Shown piece by piece: positions 6,905 to 7,586 of a stretch of 7,586 nucleotides of DNA (positions within the stretch are counted from its first letter, which is position 1; each line of letters opens with the position of its first letter). Under the pieces are notes generated by a model, which saw nothing but the letters and a program-made list of their open reading frames with translations, ran no database searches and had not been told where the DNA came from. Made by a program: the position numbers and the translations under genes. The stretch is from a virus (lineage: Duplodnaviria; Heunggongvirae; Uroviricota; Caudoviricetes): the IMG/VR virus record IMGVR_UViG_2778261594_000011, positions 1-7,586 of that record; one strand, written 5' to 3'.

Positions 6905-6930
6905 TCGGGCAGAATGAGCACCACCTCAAT

Positions 6931-6966
6931 CGTGACGGAGAGTGACAACCAGTGACACACCGTGAC
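6931..6966. repeat. Four (C/A)GTGAC motifs at exact 10-bp spacing (helically phased iteron-like array)
   Basis: GTGAC at 6932, 6942, 6952 and 6962, followed by the palindrome ACGGTT-t-AACCGT (6973-6985). The reverse-complement motif GTCACT recurs at 7064-7069 and 7361-7366. Confidence 0.8.
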
Positions 6967-7019
6967 AAAAAGACGGTTTAACCGTTCATTAAAAATCGAC
7001 GTGATTTTGTGCTTTCCGG

Positions 7020-7038
7020 ATGACGTGGCCAACGTCAT
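7020..7038. repeat. Palindrome ATGACGT-ggcca-ACGTCAT
   Basis: 7-bp perfect inverted arms with a 5-bp spacer, followed by a T6 run; a related GACGTGAT lies at 7001-7010. Confidence 0.75.
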
Positions 7039-7354
7039 TTTTTAGCGAAAAATTCTGATTAAGGTCACTGGCTGAATGGTCATAATTACCACGCAGACCA
7101 TCGAGGCAACCATAGCGATCATCGTTACGGTTGGAGCTTTTCCGCCATTGGTGGAAAAGGTGCACATCTGGATCATCATTACGGTGATCAAGGGTATGTA
7201 AAACCCACCTGGCTGATTAAAGGTTAACCGGAAAAAAAATCCGGTAGCCCCGTTATGGGGATCCCCATATCGACAGCAACGCCTCCTTAAAATTACCCGC
7301 CTTTATATTTCTTGTGCCTATTTGTTCCACGTTGTTTCATACAGTGCACCGAAC

Positions 7355-7378
7355 GGTGTAGTCACTGGTGTAGTCATT
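7355..7378. repeat. Tandem 12-bp direct repeat GGTGTAGTCACT / GGTGTAGTCATT
   Basis: Two adjacent 12-mers differing at one base, ~75 bp from the putative element/host junction. Confidence 0.8.
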
Positions 7379-7421
7379 TTGCGAATTTTGGCACTTTCTC
7401 AGTGAAAATTGCTTAATTAAA

Positions 7422-7586
7422 TCAATGCACTATGCGGGATAAGTTATATATAACAGCAATAAATAATGCGAGAATAAACGGCACGATGATCTCGGCGGCA
7501 AAACGGATACCGCAGAGAATAATGACCAGCATTCCCAACATAATGACGATTTTTAGGCCATTGAGCGTGATGATCGGCTTTGCCAT
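7422..7586 (-). pseudogene. tqsA: 5' fragment of a tqsA (ydgG)-like AI-2 exporter gene, truncated after ~45 native codons
   Basis: The minus-strand ATG at 7584-7586 opens an ORF translating [45 protein letters not shown], which matches the TqsA N-terminus as I recall it, then continues IYNLSRIVH and stops at 7422-7424 (54 codons against ~344 aa for intact TqsA). The gene start is at the window edge, so the promoter and upstream region are not visible. Confidence 0.55.

Larger units (their letters stand above)
1..7450 (+). mobile_element. Phage-derived capsid/packaging module with distal repeat region; probable right end of a tail-less phage satellite (cf-PICI-like) or an unusually organised prophage
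   Basis: Eight contiguous HK97-type head and packaging genes on one strand in permuted order, no tail or lysis genes downstream of terL, and a host gene disrupted ~1.1 kb beyond terL. The left boundary lies outside the window. Confidence 0.5.

Noticed and set aside
6629-6905. Possible CRISPR array
   Set aside because: Only 2-4 imperfect repeat copies with irregular spacing (about 52, 138 and 45 bp) and different flanking palindromes; no repeat-spacer regularity and no cas genes.
6844-7038. 64-aa minus-strand ORF in the repeat region
   Set aside because: It spans the GTGAC array and a direct repeat, has no evident RBS and no recognisable protein features; it is more likely non-coding regulatory DNA.
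7227-7250. Hairpin CCGGA-A8-TCCGG as a terminator
   Set aside because: The A/T run lies in the loop rather than 3' of the stem on either strand, so it does not fit an intrinsic terminator.
1-7586. tRNA or other structured RNA gene as the integration target
   Set aside because: I found no tRNA-like T-arm or acceptor signatures on either strand; the junction appears to be in a protein-coding gene instead.

Overview
The window is a single-strand (+) HK97-like head morphogenesis and DNA-packaging operon from an Enterobacteriaceae-type genome, followed by a repeat-rich non-coding tail that abuts a truncated host gene. Gene order is major capsid (1-1158), prohead protease (1213-1770), portal (1772-2983), head-closure protein (2980-3318), gp6-like connector (3315-3608), HNH endonuclease (3608-4048), a 289-bp candidate cos region, small terminase (4338-4694), large terminase (4678-6339) and a 93-aa unknown ORF (6353-6634). 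Most junctions overlap by 1-4 nt (ATGA/TGATG), so the genes are probably translationally coupled. The order is permuted relative to canonical HK97/lambda-like prophages (terS-terL-portal-protease-capsid-connectors-tail), and no tail, lysis or integrase gene lies in the window. About 0.8 kb after terL (6640-7450) is essentially non-coding and dense with iteron-like direct repeats, a 10-bp-phased GTGAC array and several palindromes. The window ends in a 54-codon minus-strand ORF whose first ~45 residues match, from memory, the N-terminus of the AI-2 exporter TqsA. My main hypothesis is that this is the right-hand end of a tail-less, capsid-forming phage satellite (cf-PICI-like) rather than a complete prophage; it cannot be settled without flanking sequence. 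All protein-family calls rest on motifs I recognise in the supplied translations, not on database searches.
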